Assembly: GCF_004010195.1 (NCBI RefSeq)
Contig: NC_057749.1
Location: 16,766,901-16,830,900 of the forward strand
Reading direction: 5' to 3'
Length of the DNA stretch: 64,000 nucleotides
Origin: Chiloscyllium plagiosum
Lineage: Eukaryota
In this document: piece by piece, positions 49,501 through 60,254 of the stretch
Layout of the letters: each line of letters opens with the position of its first letter
Position numbering within the stretch: position 1 is the first letter of the stretch
Position numbers and translations under genes: made by a program
The notes under the pieces: model-generated
Told to the model about the DNA's origin: nothing
What the model saw: the letters and a program-made list of their open reading frames with translations, nothing else
The model's database searches: none

Positions 49501-52500
49501 ACGCTAAAGCTGGTGTATAGCCAACTAGTAGCCACCAGATGGCAGGAAACCCCAACAAATGAAACCAAATTTGCCCCAGAACACCCCCCCCCCCTCCATT
49601 CCTCTTACCTATAGCTGCTGTTCACCTCTGTCACACCTGACCCAGCCCTGTCCCACTGTTCAATGAATCCCTACATCACAGAAAGAGGCCATTCAGTCCG
49701 GGTCCACACCAGAGATCATCCCATCCAGACCCATCCCCCTACCCTAACCTTGGAACCCTGCATTCTCCCATGGCCAATCCACTCCAACCTGCACATCTTT
49801 GGACTGTGGGAGGAAACCCATGCAGACACGGGGAGAATGTGCAGACTTCGCCCTCACTGTCACCTGAGGGTGGAATCGAACCTAAGTCCCTTCTGCTGTG
49901 AGGCAACAGTGTTGATAGACATTACTTTGTCTCTGGATCAGTGGTGCTGGAAGAGCACAGCAATTCAGGCAGCATCCGAGGACAGGCAAAATCGACGTTT
50001 CGGGCAAAAGCCCTTCATCCCGAAACGTCGATTTTGCCTGTCCTCGGATGCTGCCTGAATTGCTGTGCTCTTCCAGCACCACTGACCCAGAATCTGGTTT
50101 CCAGCATCTGCAGTCATTGTTTTTACCTCATTACTTTGTCTCAGTCTCTCTCACCCACTCGATCTTACTCACTGTCACCAGGGAGAACAAATAATTTGTG
50201 TGCTGAAAATGTGTTGCTGGAAAAGCGCTGCAGGTCAGGCAGCATCCAAGGAGCAGGAGAATCGACGTTTTGGGCATGAGCCCTTCTTCAGGCTCATGCC
50301 CGAAACGTCAATTCTCCTGCTCCTTGGATGCTGCCTGACCTGCTGCGCTTTTCCAGCATCACATTTTCAGCTCTGATCTCCAGCATCTGCAATCCTCACT
50401 TTCTCCTTGAAAATAATTTGTGTGAACAACATCTGAGTGAGGGAGTGAGTGGTGTATTAGTGAGATGGTGACAGACGTTTGTCTTGGTGCATTCAAATGG
50501 TCCATTAGGCAGACATCTCTCCAGACGTAAGACTGTGGGACTCTCCCTGTAGATTAGAGTGAGGGGCTCAGGGAGGACCCTGATGGATCTGGGCCAAGGG
50601 TGTCACTGTGGGGTTCTGCACCGGGTGACTGAGGTTGTAGTAACCTCATTACTCGAGGCTGATACCAGTAAACAATCAAAACCCCTCCCTGCTACTGAGT
50701 GAGCTGACTGTCAGTCAGAACCTGATGGCCTCTGGTCTGAGTGATTCCTTTAGTTTTCCTCGTCTGTGTATGTCTGTCAGGGAGTTTTCTGACGAATGTC
50801 TGCACTTTCCCTTCTGTCTCTCTTCCCTGGTCAACGCTGTTACCGGGTGGATCACAGTTTGGCGATACGTTGGCGTTACTGGGGCACTCTTGTTCATTTT
50901 GATGCAGCTCTCTCTCATCAGTGTGTTTGCACATTTCTGGAACAAGAACTGGTGAGTCCAATTCTGTGGATTTTTGTCTCCTGGCCCAAAAGCTCCCCCT
51001 TCCCTGATGGTGCAGGATCAGGTAGTGTTCATCACTGAGGGCACAGTGACTTGGCAGACCAGCACCAGCCCAGCTCCAGAGAGTGGCCTGGGCCTGAGTT
51101 TGCTGTGGTCAGTGGGTTGGGTGCCCCTGGGGGGATAGCACCCAGGGACAGCGCAGCTCCAGGGAGAAGACCAGTGTATCAGGGTCAGCAAACCACCTGG
51201 GGAACGGGCAACGCATCGGCCAATCACTGGGCACACTCCCTCAGTGAGGCCATAGCAACACTCCGCTAGAGAGCTGTTTGAAGCTGGTGTTAAACCAAGG
51301 ATCAGAGTCCGAAAGGTTCTGGAAGGGAATTCCAGAGTCAGGACCTGGAATAAGGCACCATCACCAAAAGGAGAACAGTTACACTCAGGGAGGCTCGAGA
51401 AGTCAGAAATCACAGGTGGTTTCACATTTTGACTTCACTGAGAGCTTTACTCTGTATCTAACCCCGTGCTGTCCCTGTCCTGGGAGTGTTTGATGGGGGA
51501 CAGTGTAGAGGGAGCTTTACCCTGTATCTAACCCCGTGCAGTCCCTGTCCTCGGAGTGTTTGATGGGGGACAGTGTAGAGGGAGCTTTACCCTGTATCTA
51601 ACCCCGTGCAGTCTCTGTCCTGGGAGTGTTTGATGGGGACAATGTAGAGGGAGCTTTACTCTGTATCTAACCCCATGCTGTCCCTGTCCTGGGAGTGTTT
51701 GATGGGGGACCGTGTATAAGGAGCTTTACTCTGTATCTAACCCCATGCTGTCCCTGTCCTGATAGTGTTTGATGGGGGACAGTGTAGAGTGAGCTTTACT
51801 CTGAATCTAACCCCGTGCTATCCCTGTCCTGGGAGCTGGGTAATTCTGGGTGAATGAACTAAACCTGCTGCTTCAGTCTGGTGGTTCCAGGTGAATCAGG
51901 AACGGTCTGCGATGTGGATTGCGTTGGTGTAATGTTTCATCGATCACCTTGGGCTCTCTCTGTGGCTGTTGCTCTCTGACAGGATGACAGGAGCTGCACA
52001 TGGGAAGTGGTGGAGTCTTGCTGTGCTGGCTGTGACCCTACTGTTCTATGCTCTGGCAGTGACTGCGTTCTCGCTCATGTACAAGTTCTACACCCACCCT
52101 GCAGGCTGCTTGGTCAACAAGGCCCTGCTCATCTTGAACATCAGTCTGTGTTTCCTGGTGTCACTGTTATCCCGTAGTCAGTGTGTTCAGCAAAGGCAGC
52201 CCCACAGCAGTCTACTGCAGGCCTCCATCATCAGCTGCTATGTCATGTACCTGACATTCTCTGCCCTGTCCAGCCGGCCCCCAGAGACAGTGCAATATCA
52301 GGGTCAGAACATCAGTGTGTGCTCACCGAGTGTCAATGAGAATGGCGTTCAGGCCAAGGGCAGGCTCATTGCCTTCTTTGGAGCTGCCGTCATGTACTGC
52401 TGCGTGCTGTTTGCTTGCAACGAAGCCTCTTACCTGGCCAAGGTGTTTGGGCCATCGTGGATGGTCCGTGTTTACAGATACGAGTTCAAGAAAGCATCAT

Positions 52501-55500
52501 GTTGCTTCTGCTGTCTGGACGAGGAGTTGCCGAGCTGTGAGGTGGAGGTGACGGGAGGCCAGGAGGTGATCCACGATGAGAGGGACCGAGTCACATACAG
52601 TTACTCCTCCTTCCACTTTGTGTTCTTCCTGGCCTCACTCTATGTCATGATGACCCTGACCAACTGGTTCAAGTAAGTCTAAGAAAGAGATTGTTAGGGG
52701 TGGGGTGGCTGTTNNNNNNNNNNNNNNNNNNNNNNNNNNNNNNNNNNNNNNNNNNNNNNNNNNNNNNNNNNNNNNNNNNNNNNNNNNNNNNNNNNNNNNN
52801 NNNNNNNNNNNNNNNNNNNNNNNNNNNNNNNNNNNNNNNNNNNNNNNNNNNNNNNNNNNNNNNNNNNNNNNNNNNNNNNNNNNNNNNNNNNNNNNNNNNN
52901 NNNNNNNNNNNNNNNNNNNNNNNNNNNNNNNNNNNNNNNNNNNNNNNNNNNNNNNNNNNNNNNNNNNNNNNNNNNNNNNNNNNNNNNNNNNNNNNNNNNN
53001 NNNNNNNNNNNNNNNNNNNNNNNNNNNNNNNNNNNNNNNNNNNNNNNNNNNNNNNNNNNNNNNNNNNNNNNNNNNNNNNNNNNNNNNNNNNNNNNNNNNN
53101 NNNNNNNNNNNNNNNNNNNNNNNNNNNNNNNNNNNNNNNNNNNNNNNNNNNNNNNNNNNNNNNNNNNNNNNNNNNNNNNNNNNNNNNNNNNNNNNNNNNN
53201 NNNNNNNNNNNNNNNNNNNNNNNNNNNNNNNNNNNNNNNNNNNNNNNNNNNNNNNNNNNNNNNNNNNNNNNNNNNNNNNNNNNNNNNNNNNNNNNNNNNN
53301 NNNNNNNNNNNNNNNNNNNNNNNNNNNNNNNNNNNNNNNNNNNNNNNNNNNNNNNNNNNNNNNNNNNNNNNNNNNNNNNNNNNNNNNNNNNNNNNNNNNN
53401 NNNNNNNNNNNNNNNNNNNNNNNNNNNNNNNNNNNNNNNNNNNNNNNNNNNNNNNNNNNNNNNNNNNNNNNNNNNNNNNNNNNNNNNNNNNNNNNNNNNN
53501 NNNNNNNNNNNNNNNNNNNNNNNNNNNNNNNNNNNNNNNNNNNNNNNNNNNNNNNNNNNNNNNNNNNNNNNNNNNNNNNNNNNNNNNNNNNNNNNNNNNN
53601 NNNNNNNNNNNNNNNNNNNNNNNNNNNNNNNNNNNNNNNNNNNNNNNNNNNNNNNNNNNNNNNNNNNNNNNNNNNNNNNNNNNNNNNNNNNNNNNNGGTG
53701 AGGGGGGGTGTTTGGGGTAAGGATGGTGTTTGGGGTGATGGGGGTGATGTGGGTGAGGGGGGTGTTTGCGGTGAGGGGTTGGGTCTGAGGCCACTCGTGT
53801 TGAGCTTGCGAGATCCACACTGAGCTGCCAGTAGCCATCCCTGGAAGATGCTATGCCTGACCTCAGTGTCCTGGCTTCAAGCTGTCATTGATGGGCCTTA
53901 TCTCCAGTGAGAAGAAGGGCTTATGCCCGAAGCGTCGATTCTCCTGTTCCCTGGATGCTGCCTAACCTGCTGCGCTGTTCCAGCGGCACATTTTCGGCTC
54001 TGATCTCCAGCATCTGCAGACCTCACTTTCTCCTTATCTCCAGTGAGGAGTGTGTGTGTGACCGTGATGGGGAGAGCCTGGAAGTTGCCTGGATTCCTTC
54101 CCAGTCTATCTCGAGGCGCAAGGGCAGAACAGGCAGAGGGTTTGGCCAATGGGACTATGGGCCCTTCACCCAGGAAGGGGAAATTACAGCGAACTCAGTT
54201 TAGATTCCATTGAGAAATCAGCAAGGATTCTCTAGCTCCCTGCCCCCCATTGGCCTGATTTCTGGTGGAGATGGACTGATCTGAGTTTGTGCGTAACCAT
54301 GACACCATGGTGAGAGCAGAAACCGAAACTAGGGGGCTGTGGAGAGGGCCAATCAATAATAGACAGTCAAAATGAATCCACTCGGGAATTCAGAAGAAAC
54401 ATCCTTCCCTAGAGAGTAGGAAGAGGATTGGAACTCACTCCCAAAGGGAATAATGTGTAATGGATGGGAAAGTTAACCAAACCCGTAGTGAAAAGCTGGC
54501 GAGGAGATGGTGAGTAAGAACAAAGTTCCAGTGGAGAATCACCCAGGCACAGAGCAGCAGGCCCCAGTCAGTCTGCTTTTCTGATCAGGTTTGATGGAGT
54601 TCTTGTTGAACGAAGGTGGAGTCTTCCTGTTTATTATTTTTGATATAAACACTAAAGGCCGAGTCAGTAATTACATTTCAACATTTTAAAACAGTTTCCA
54701 GAGTATATCAATTTCTCGATAAAAAGATGCACTTACGTCATTGTGAATGATCTCCATCTCTCTTTCTCTCCCTCTGTTTTTCTCACCTGTTTGTCTCCCT
54801 CTCCCTCTGTCTTGCTAACCCTCCTTCTTTCTCCTTATCTGTCTCTGTTGCTCTCCATCATTCTTTGTCTCTTTCAATCTCTCTTTCTCCACTTCTCAGT
54901 CTCCATTCCTCTCCCTCCTTCTGTCTAGCCCTGCTTCTGTCTCTCCTTGTCCCTCTGTCTCTTCTCGCTCTTTCCCCACCATTGTCTGTCTCTCTCTTTG
55001 TCCCTCATCCTCTCTCTGTCTCTCTCTGTTTCCCTCTGTCTCTGTCACTTGCTGTCTGTCTGTCTGTCCTTCCCTCTGTCTGTGTCTCTATCTCTCTTTC
55101 TGTCTCTGTCTCTCTGTCTGTCTGCCTTTGCCTCTCTCTCTCTCTCTATCTCTGTGTCTCTCTATCTCTTTCTCCAGGGTGGCACGATGGCACAGTGGTT
55201 AGCACTGCTGCCTCACAGCACCAGAGACCCGGGTTCAATTCCCACCTCAGGTGACTGACTGTGTGGAGTTTGCACGTTCTCCCCGTGTCTGCGTGGGTTT
55301 CCTCCGGGTGCTCCAGTTTCCTCCCACAGTCCAAAGATGTGCAGGTTAGGTGAATTGGCCATGCTAAATTGCCCGTAGTGTTAGGAAAGGGGTAAATGTA
55401 GGGGTATGGGTGGATTGCGCTTCGGCGGGTCGGTGTGGACTTGTTGGGCTGAAGGGCCTGTTTCCACACTGTAATGTAATGTAATCTAATGTAATGTGTC

Positions 55501-55980
55501 TGTCGGTCTCTCTGTCTGTCGGTCTCTCTGTCTGTCGGTCTCTCTGTCTGTCGGTCTCTCTGTCTGTCGGTCTCTCTNNNNNNNNNNNNNNNNNNNNNNN
55601 NNNNNNNNNNNNNNNNNNNNNNNNNNNNNNNNNNNNNNNNNNNNNNNNNNNNNNNNNNNNNNNNNNNNNNNNNNNNNNNNNNNNNNNNNNNNNNNNNNNN
55701 NNNNNNNNNNNNNNNNNNNNNNNNNNNNNNNNNNNNNNNNNNNNNNNNNNNNNNNNNNNNNNNNNNNNNNNNNNNNNNNNNNNNNGTCTCTCTGTCCCTT
55801 GATGATTGCGCCAGCTATGAGTCTGCGACGCTGGAGACAGTGTTTTCCCAGGGAAGCTGGTCCACGTTCTGGGTGAAGAGTTGTTCCTGTTGGCTCTGTC
55901 TGCTGCTGTACCTGCTGATCCTCCTTGCCCCGCCGTGCTGTGTGGACAGTGAGAGACGGCGCGCGGTCCACGTGAAATAG
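40502..55980 (+). CDS. SERINC4: Serine incorporator 4, 7 coding exons, 467 aa: join(40502..40528,44988..45155,45977..46155,49128..49207,50858..50951,51983..52672,55815..55980)
   Basis: SERINC motifs [86 protein letters not shown]. The NEASYLA..FGP and YTHPAGC motifs are SERINC4-type, and the gene is syntenic with HYPK/MFAP1. Total 1404 nt, open frame. Exon 1 is less certain. Confidence 0.92.
40717..41020 (+). mobile_element. tRNA-derived SINE
   Basis: GGTGGCTCAGTGGTTAGCACTGCTGCC..GGGTTCGATTCC A/B boxes, CR1-like tail. Confidence 0.85.
41165..42095. repeat. 33-bp minisatellite, ~28 copies (GCACTGTCGGAGGGTCAGTGCTGAGGGAGTGCC)
   Basis: 11-aa periodicity in the ORF track. Confidence 0.97.
42495..43345. 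repeat. 33-bp minisatellite, ~26 copies (CCCAGTGAGAGTCAGCACCTTCAGGAACTGTAT)
   Basis: 11-aa periodicity in the ORF track. Confidence 0.97.
44262..44812. repeat. ~70-bp satellite, ~8 copies
   Basis: GGGAGTGTTTGATGGGGGACAGTGTAGAGGGAGCTTTACTCTGTATCTAACCCC.TGCTGTCCCTGTCCT. Confidence 0.95.
44988..45155 (+). CDS. SERINC4: SERINC4 exon 2
   Basis: ctctcag|ATTAGC...GAGAGA|gtaagt; [14 protein letters not shown]...CCLLLSRTV. Confidence 0.92.
45977..46155 (+). CDS. SERINC4: SERINC4 exon 3
   Basis: ctgcag|GTGCCT...AACGG|gtaacc; VPFF...[15 protein letters not shown]...RALIHNG. Confidence 0.95.
46400..49120. repeat. Intronic satellite: ~45 apparently identical 38-bp units (GTCTCAGTCTCTCACTCACTGTTACTCACTATGTTACT, ~46730-48440) with degenerate flanks
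   Basis: 38-aa periodicity (3 x 38 nt) in all three + frames. Confidence 0.97.
49128..49207 (+). CDS. SERINC4: SERINC4 exon 4
   Basis: gtttag|GTTTTGG...CACG|gtgagt; [26 protein letters not shown]. Confidence 0.95.
49668..49915 (-). mobile_element. Diverged tRNA-derived SINE
   Basis: ACCTGCACATCTTTGGACTGTGGGAGGAAACC...GGAATCGAACC, as in the 26671 copy. Confidence 0.8.
49934..50128. mobile_element. Penelope-derived fold-back insertion
   Basis: 14-bp TSD CATTACTTTGTCTC (49920-49933, 50129-50142); about 70-bp near-perfect inverted arms. Confidence 0.85.
50203..50410. mobile_element. Penelope-derived fold-back insertion (second subfamily)
   Basis: 14-bp TSD AAATAATTTGTGTG (50189-50202, 50411-50424); about 80-bp inverted arms. 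Confidence 0.85.
50858..50951 (+). CDS. SERINC4: SERINC4 exon 5
   Basis: tcacag|TTTGG...AACTG|gtgagt; WRYVGVTG...FAHFWNKNW. Confidence 0.95.
51441..51836. repeat. ~70-bp satellite, ~5.5 copies
   Basis: Same unit as 44262-44812. Confidence 0.95.
51983..52672 (+). CDS. SERINC4: SERINC4 exon 6 (unusually large, 690 nt)
   Basis: tgacag|GATGACA...TTCAA|gtaagt; uninterrupted frame from [10 protein letters not shown] to MTLTNWF. Confidence 0.95.
52714..53696. other. Assembly gap (N run); further gaps at ~30230-30254 and ~55578-55785
   Basis: Runs of N flanked by G-rich or simple repeats. Confidence 0.99.
53912..54031 (+). mobile_element. Penelope-derived single-arm insertion
   Basis: Direct repeat CCTTATCTCCAGTGAG at 53896-53911 and 54032-54047; begins inside a degenerate hammerhead core. 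Confidence 0.8.
54755..55176. repeat. CT/CTGT-rich low-complexity tract
   Basis: Pyrimidine-rich simple repeats; a 20-bp TCTGTCGGTCTCTCTG-type repeat follows at 55497-55577 and runs into the gap. Confidence 0.85.
55177..55495 (+). mobile_element. Full-length young tRNA-derived SINE
   Basis: Near-identical to the reverse complement of 26671-26987; A/B boxes; (TAATG)n tail. Confidence 0.92.
55815..55980 (+). CDS. SERINC4: SERINC4 exon 7 (last coding)
   Basis: gccag|CTATGAG...AAATAG; [26 protein letters not shown]...LAPPCC. Confidence 0.93.
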
Positions 55981-56850
55981 CTGCCTATCAGGACTAGGGA
56001 ACATTCACTGCGACTGGGGACAGTCTCTGGGATTGGGAATACTCACAGGGATTGAGAACGCTTTCCATGATTTGGTATACTTGCCAGGATTGGGAATTCT
56101 CTGGGACTGGGAACTCTCTCTGTGATTTTAGAAGCAACAGCGAACTGGATGGAATCTTCTAGAAGCCAATCTTCTGCTTCCTTTCACAAACACTGAGGGT
56201 ACAGCACACTAGTCTGAGATGGTTTGCGCACAGGTTTTTGGATTTTGTCTCCACAGGATACGATGGTCTTGTGACTCTGACATCGCTCAGGAGATTCCGA
56301 GAGTTCGAATCCCACCAGGACAGACTCCAAGATCATACTGAATACATCTGGCCATTTGTGAGCTGCCAGCAAGCAAACTGACCAGAAGAATCTGCTGGAT
56401 CTCCTGCTGGTCCTAAAACCCAACCTGTTGATTAATATCCTTTGGGGGAGGGGGCCCTGTTGTCCCACTGATCTTTTCTGGTCCCACTCTCTGTGTGGCC
56501 GCTGAAACAACCCAACGAATTCCTTTAAACAAGAAAGGGCAGGAGATGGAGTAAAGATGGAGAAACTGTTCAATAGGACGAAGAACTGCAGCTGCCGATG
56601 ATCTGAAACAAAAGCAGACAGTGCTGGAGAAGCTCAGCAAGTCGGACAGCATCTGTGGAGAGAGAGGAACAGAGTTCGTGTTTCTGGTCTGGGCTGACCC
56701 TTGTTTAGAGACTGTTTCCAGTGACGAGAGGGAAGAGAATTGAGAAAGAACCACAGGGAGAGAGGAGACTGGGATCTGGAACGACAGGAACATTCCGAAG
56801 GGAATCAAATAAAAACTGAAGGGAAGTGTGGCGAAAGAGCCGGGGACTGG

Positions 56851-58164
56851 CTATTTACCCTATCCATGCCCCTCATAATTTTGTAAACCTCTATAAGGTC
56901 ACCCCTCAGCCTCCGATGCTCCAGGGAAAACAGCCCCAGCCTGTTCAGCCTCTCCCTGTAGCTCAGATCCTCCAACCCTGGCAACATCCTTGTAAATCTT
57001 TTCTGAACCCTTTCAAGTTTCACAACATCTTTCCGATAGGAAGGAGACCAGAATTGCATGCAATATTCCAACAGTGGCCTAACCAATGTCCTGTACAGCC
57101 GCAACATGACCTCCCAATTCCTGTACTCAATACTCTGACCAATAAATGAAAGCATACCAAACGCCTTCTTCACTATCCTATCTACCTTCGACTCCACTTT
57201 CAAGGAGATATGAACCTGCACTCCAAGGTCTCTTTGTTCAGCAATACTCCTTTGGACCTTACCATTAAGTGTATAAGTCCTGCTAAGATTTGCTTTCTCA
57301 AAATGCAGCACCTCACATTTATCTAAATTAAACTCCATCTGCCACTTCTCAGCCCATTGACCCATTTGGTCCAGATCCTGTTGTAATCTGAGGGAACCCT
57401 CTTCGCTGTCCACTACACCTCCAATTTTGGTGTCATCTGCAAACTTACTAACTGTACCTCTTATGCTCGCATCCAAATCATTTATGTAAATGACAAAAAG
57501 TACAGGGCTCTGCACCGATCCTTGTGGCAATCCTTGTGTCACAGGCCTCCAGTCTGAAAAACAACCCTCCACCACCACCCTCTGTCTTCTACCCTTGAGC
57601 CAGTTCTGGATCCATATGGCTAGTTCTCCCTGTATTCCATGAGATCTAACCTTACTAACCAGTCTCCCATGGGGAACCTTGTCAAATGCCTTACTGAAGT
57701 CCATATAGATCACATCTACTCTGCCCTGATCAATCTTCTTTGTTACTTCTTCAAAAAACTCAATCAAGTTTGTGAGACATGATTTCCCATGCACAAAGCC
57801 GTGTTGACTATCCCGAATCAGTCCTTGCCTTTCCAAATACATGTATATCCTGTCCCTCAGGATTCCCTCCAACAACTTGCCCATCACCGAGGTCAGGCTC
57901 ACCGGTCTATAGTTCCCTGGCTTGTCTTTACCGCCCTTCTTAAACAGTGGTACCACGTTTGCCAACCTCCAGTCTTCCGGCAGCTCACCTGTGACTATCG
58001 ATGATACAAATATCTCAGCAAGAGGCCCAGCAGTCACTTCTCTACAGAGTTCCCACAGAGTTCTCGGGTACACCTGATCAGGTCCTGGGGATTTATCCAC
58101 CTTTAACCGTTTCAAGACATCCAGCACTTCCTCCTCTGTAATCTGGACATTTTGCAAGATGTCC
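56851..58164 (-). mobile_element. Young CR1 ORF2 segment with an uninterrupted RT frame, truncated at both ends
   Basis: ORF 56805..58157: [40 protein letters not shown]. Confidence 0.95.
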
Positions 58165-58557
58165 AGATTCCCATGTTTACACGAGCAATCCCAACCCTAA
58201 AACTCTCACAGACACATGGATAGAGAGTGGGAATTTGTCTGTAATTGTTCAATGTTCACAATCTGGAGACAGGAAGCTGTCAGGACTGAGCTTTGCTCAG
58301 AGCCCTCTCTGTCCTTAATGACAGCTTTCAAACTGGACCATAGGAAATATTCATGTTCAATGACCAGAACTTTGTAATGTTCTCAATAAAACCTGTTACA
58401 CTGGCCTCGGTTTATCATTCTGTTTGGGTCAGATCTTTACTCTCCATGAACCAATTATCACCCGATCAAAATTAGCGCTCCAGTAGGGAGGTGGTGTGAT
58501 GTTCACATTTTCAGATGTTGCTGGTTTTTCAGATTTGCTCTGTTTCAGAGTGCATCA

Positions 58558-59630
58558 TGGCTATTACCCCAAACACTGGCTATTACCCCACACACTGGCC
58601 ATTACCCCACACACTGGCCAATACCCCACACACTGGCCATTGCCCCACACACTGGCTATTACCCCACAGATTGGCCAATACCCCACACACTGGCCATTGC
58701 CCCACACACTGGCCAATACCCCACACACTGGCTATTACCCCACACACTGGCCAATACCCCACAGACTGGCCAATACCCCACACACTGGCCATTGCCCCAC
58801 ACACTGGCCAATACCCCACACACTGGCTATTACCCCACACACTGGCTGTTACCCCACACACTGGCCATTACCCCACACACTGGCCAATACCCCACACACT
58901 GACCAATACCCCACACACTGGCCATTGCCCCACACACTGGCCAATACCCCACACACTGGCTATTACCCCACACACTGGCCAATACCCCACAGACTGGCCA
59001 ATACCCCACACACTGGCCATTGCCCCACACACTGGCCAATACCCCACACTGGCTATTACCCCACACACTGGCCATTACCCCACACACTGGCCATTACCCC
59101 ACACACTGGCCAATACCCCATACACTGGCTATTACCCCACACACTGGCCACTACACCACACACTGGCTATTACCCCACACACTGGCTATTAACCCACACA
59201 CTGGCTATTAACCCACACACTGGCTATTACCCCACACACTGGCTATTACCCCACACTGGCCACTACACCACACACTGGCTATTACCCCACACACTGGCTA
59301 TTAACCCACACACTGGCTATTACCCCACACACTGGCTATTACCCCACACACTGGCCACTACACCACACACTGCTATTACCCCACACACTGGCCACTACAC
59401 CACACACTGGCCACTACACCACACACTGGCCACTACACCACACACTGGCTATTACCCCACACACTGGCTATTAACCCACACACTGGCTATTACCCCATAC
59501 ACTGGCCACTACATCACACACTGGCCACTACTCCGCAATCTGGCCACTACATCACACACTGGCCAATACCCCACACACTGGCTATTACCCCACACACTGG
59601 CTATTACCCCACACACTGGCTATTACACCA
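58558..59630. repeat. 19-bp minisatellite, ~56 copies (CTGGCTATTACCCCACACA variants)
   Basis: Direct reading. Confidence 0.97.
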
Positions 59631-59686
59631 CCCCTTGGCAGCTAGCCCGTGTGATGGAATGTTTGGGCTGACCCAACAGCTAGGTC

Positions 59687-59827
59687 GTCAGGCAGCATCC
59701 AGGGAACAGGAGAATCGACGTTCTTAAACGTCGATTCTCCTGTTCCCTGGATGCTGCCTGACCTGCTGCGCTTTTCCAGCAACACATTTTCAGCTCTGAT
59801 CTCCAGCATCTGCAGACCTCACTTTCT
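59687..59827. mobile_element. Penelope-derived fold-back insertion
   Basis: 14-bp TSD CCAACAGCTAGGTC (59673-59686, 59828-59841); perfect ~35-bp inverted arms meeting at CGACGTT-CTTA-AACGTCG. Confidence 0.85.
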
Positions 59828-60254
59828 CCAACAGCTAGGTCAGTGAGGTAAGGGTTTAAGCAGTGTCTCAGGCGAGGACAGAATGATGTTAGGCTTTGGG
59901 TATGTGAATGTGCTACATAAATGCAATAGTCATGCATTTTGGCTCTGTTTCTGTTCCCTGGATTTTTATAAAATCCCAGCTCCATCTTAAGGCTTCCCTA
60001 CAACTCCTGGATGTTTAGATTCCAGCCAGAGGCAGGAACAATGAACAAGTCCCTGTCCCGGGAAGTGCAGAGACAGATTTCTGATGTCATGAGAATGGTG
60101 CCCACCCTCAAAAACTACATTCCTGCTCATCACATCGCAACGTCATGCCTCAAGAAGCACAGGACTCAAACAGAAACAGCGTGTTCATGACTTTTGAGTG
60201 ACGCTTAAAAATAGAAAATAACAAAACACGATTTCAGAACAACAGATCCAAGAA

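Noticed and set aside
51983-52672. Processed SERINC4 pseudogene
   Set aside because: The segment has proper splice sites in phase with flanking exons, no stops, polyA or TSD, and no other copy of these exons is visible in the window.
52669-53838. Long ORFs across the N gap, or missing SERINC4 exons hidden in the gaps
   Set aside because: The ORFs are X-run artefacts. Exon 6 (NWF-N) joins exon 7 (YESATLE) in phase with continuous SERINC4 sequence, so no exon is needed in the gaps.
56805-58157. Domesticated reverse transcriptase gene
   Set aside because: Close to the other CR1 copies in the window at nucleotide level and has no real start or promoter; the open frame is explained by young age.
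58496-59671. 391-aa His/Thr/Pro-rich ORF
   Set aside because: Translation of the 19-bp minisatellite.
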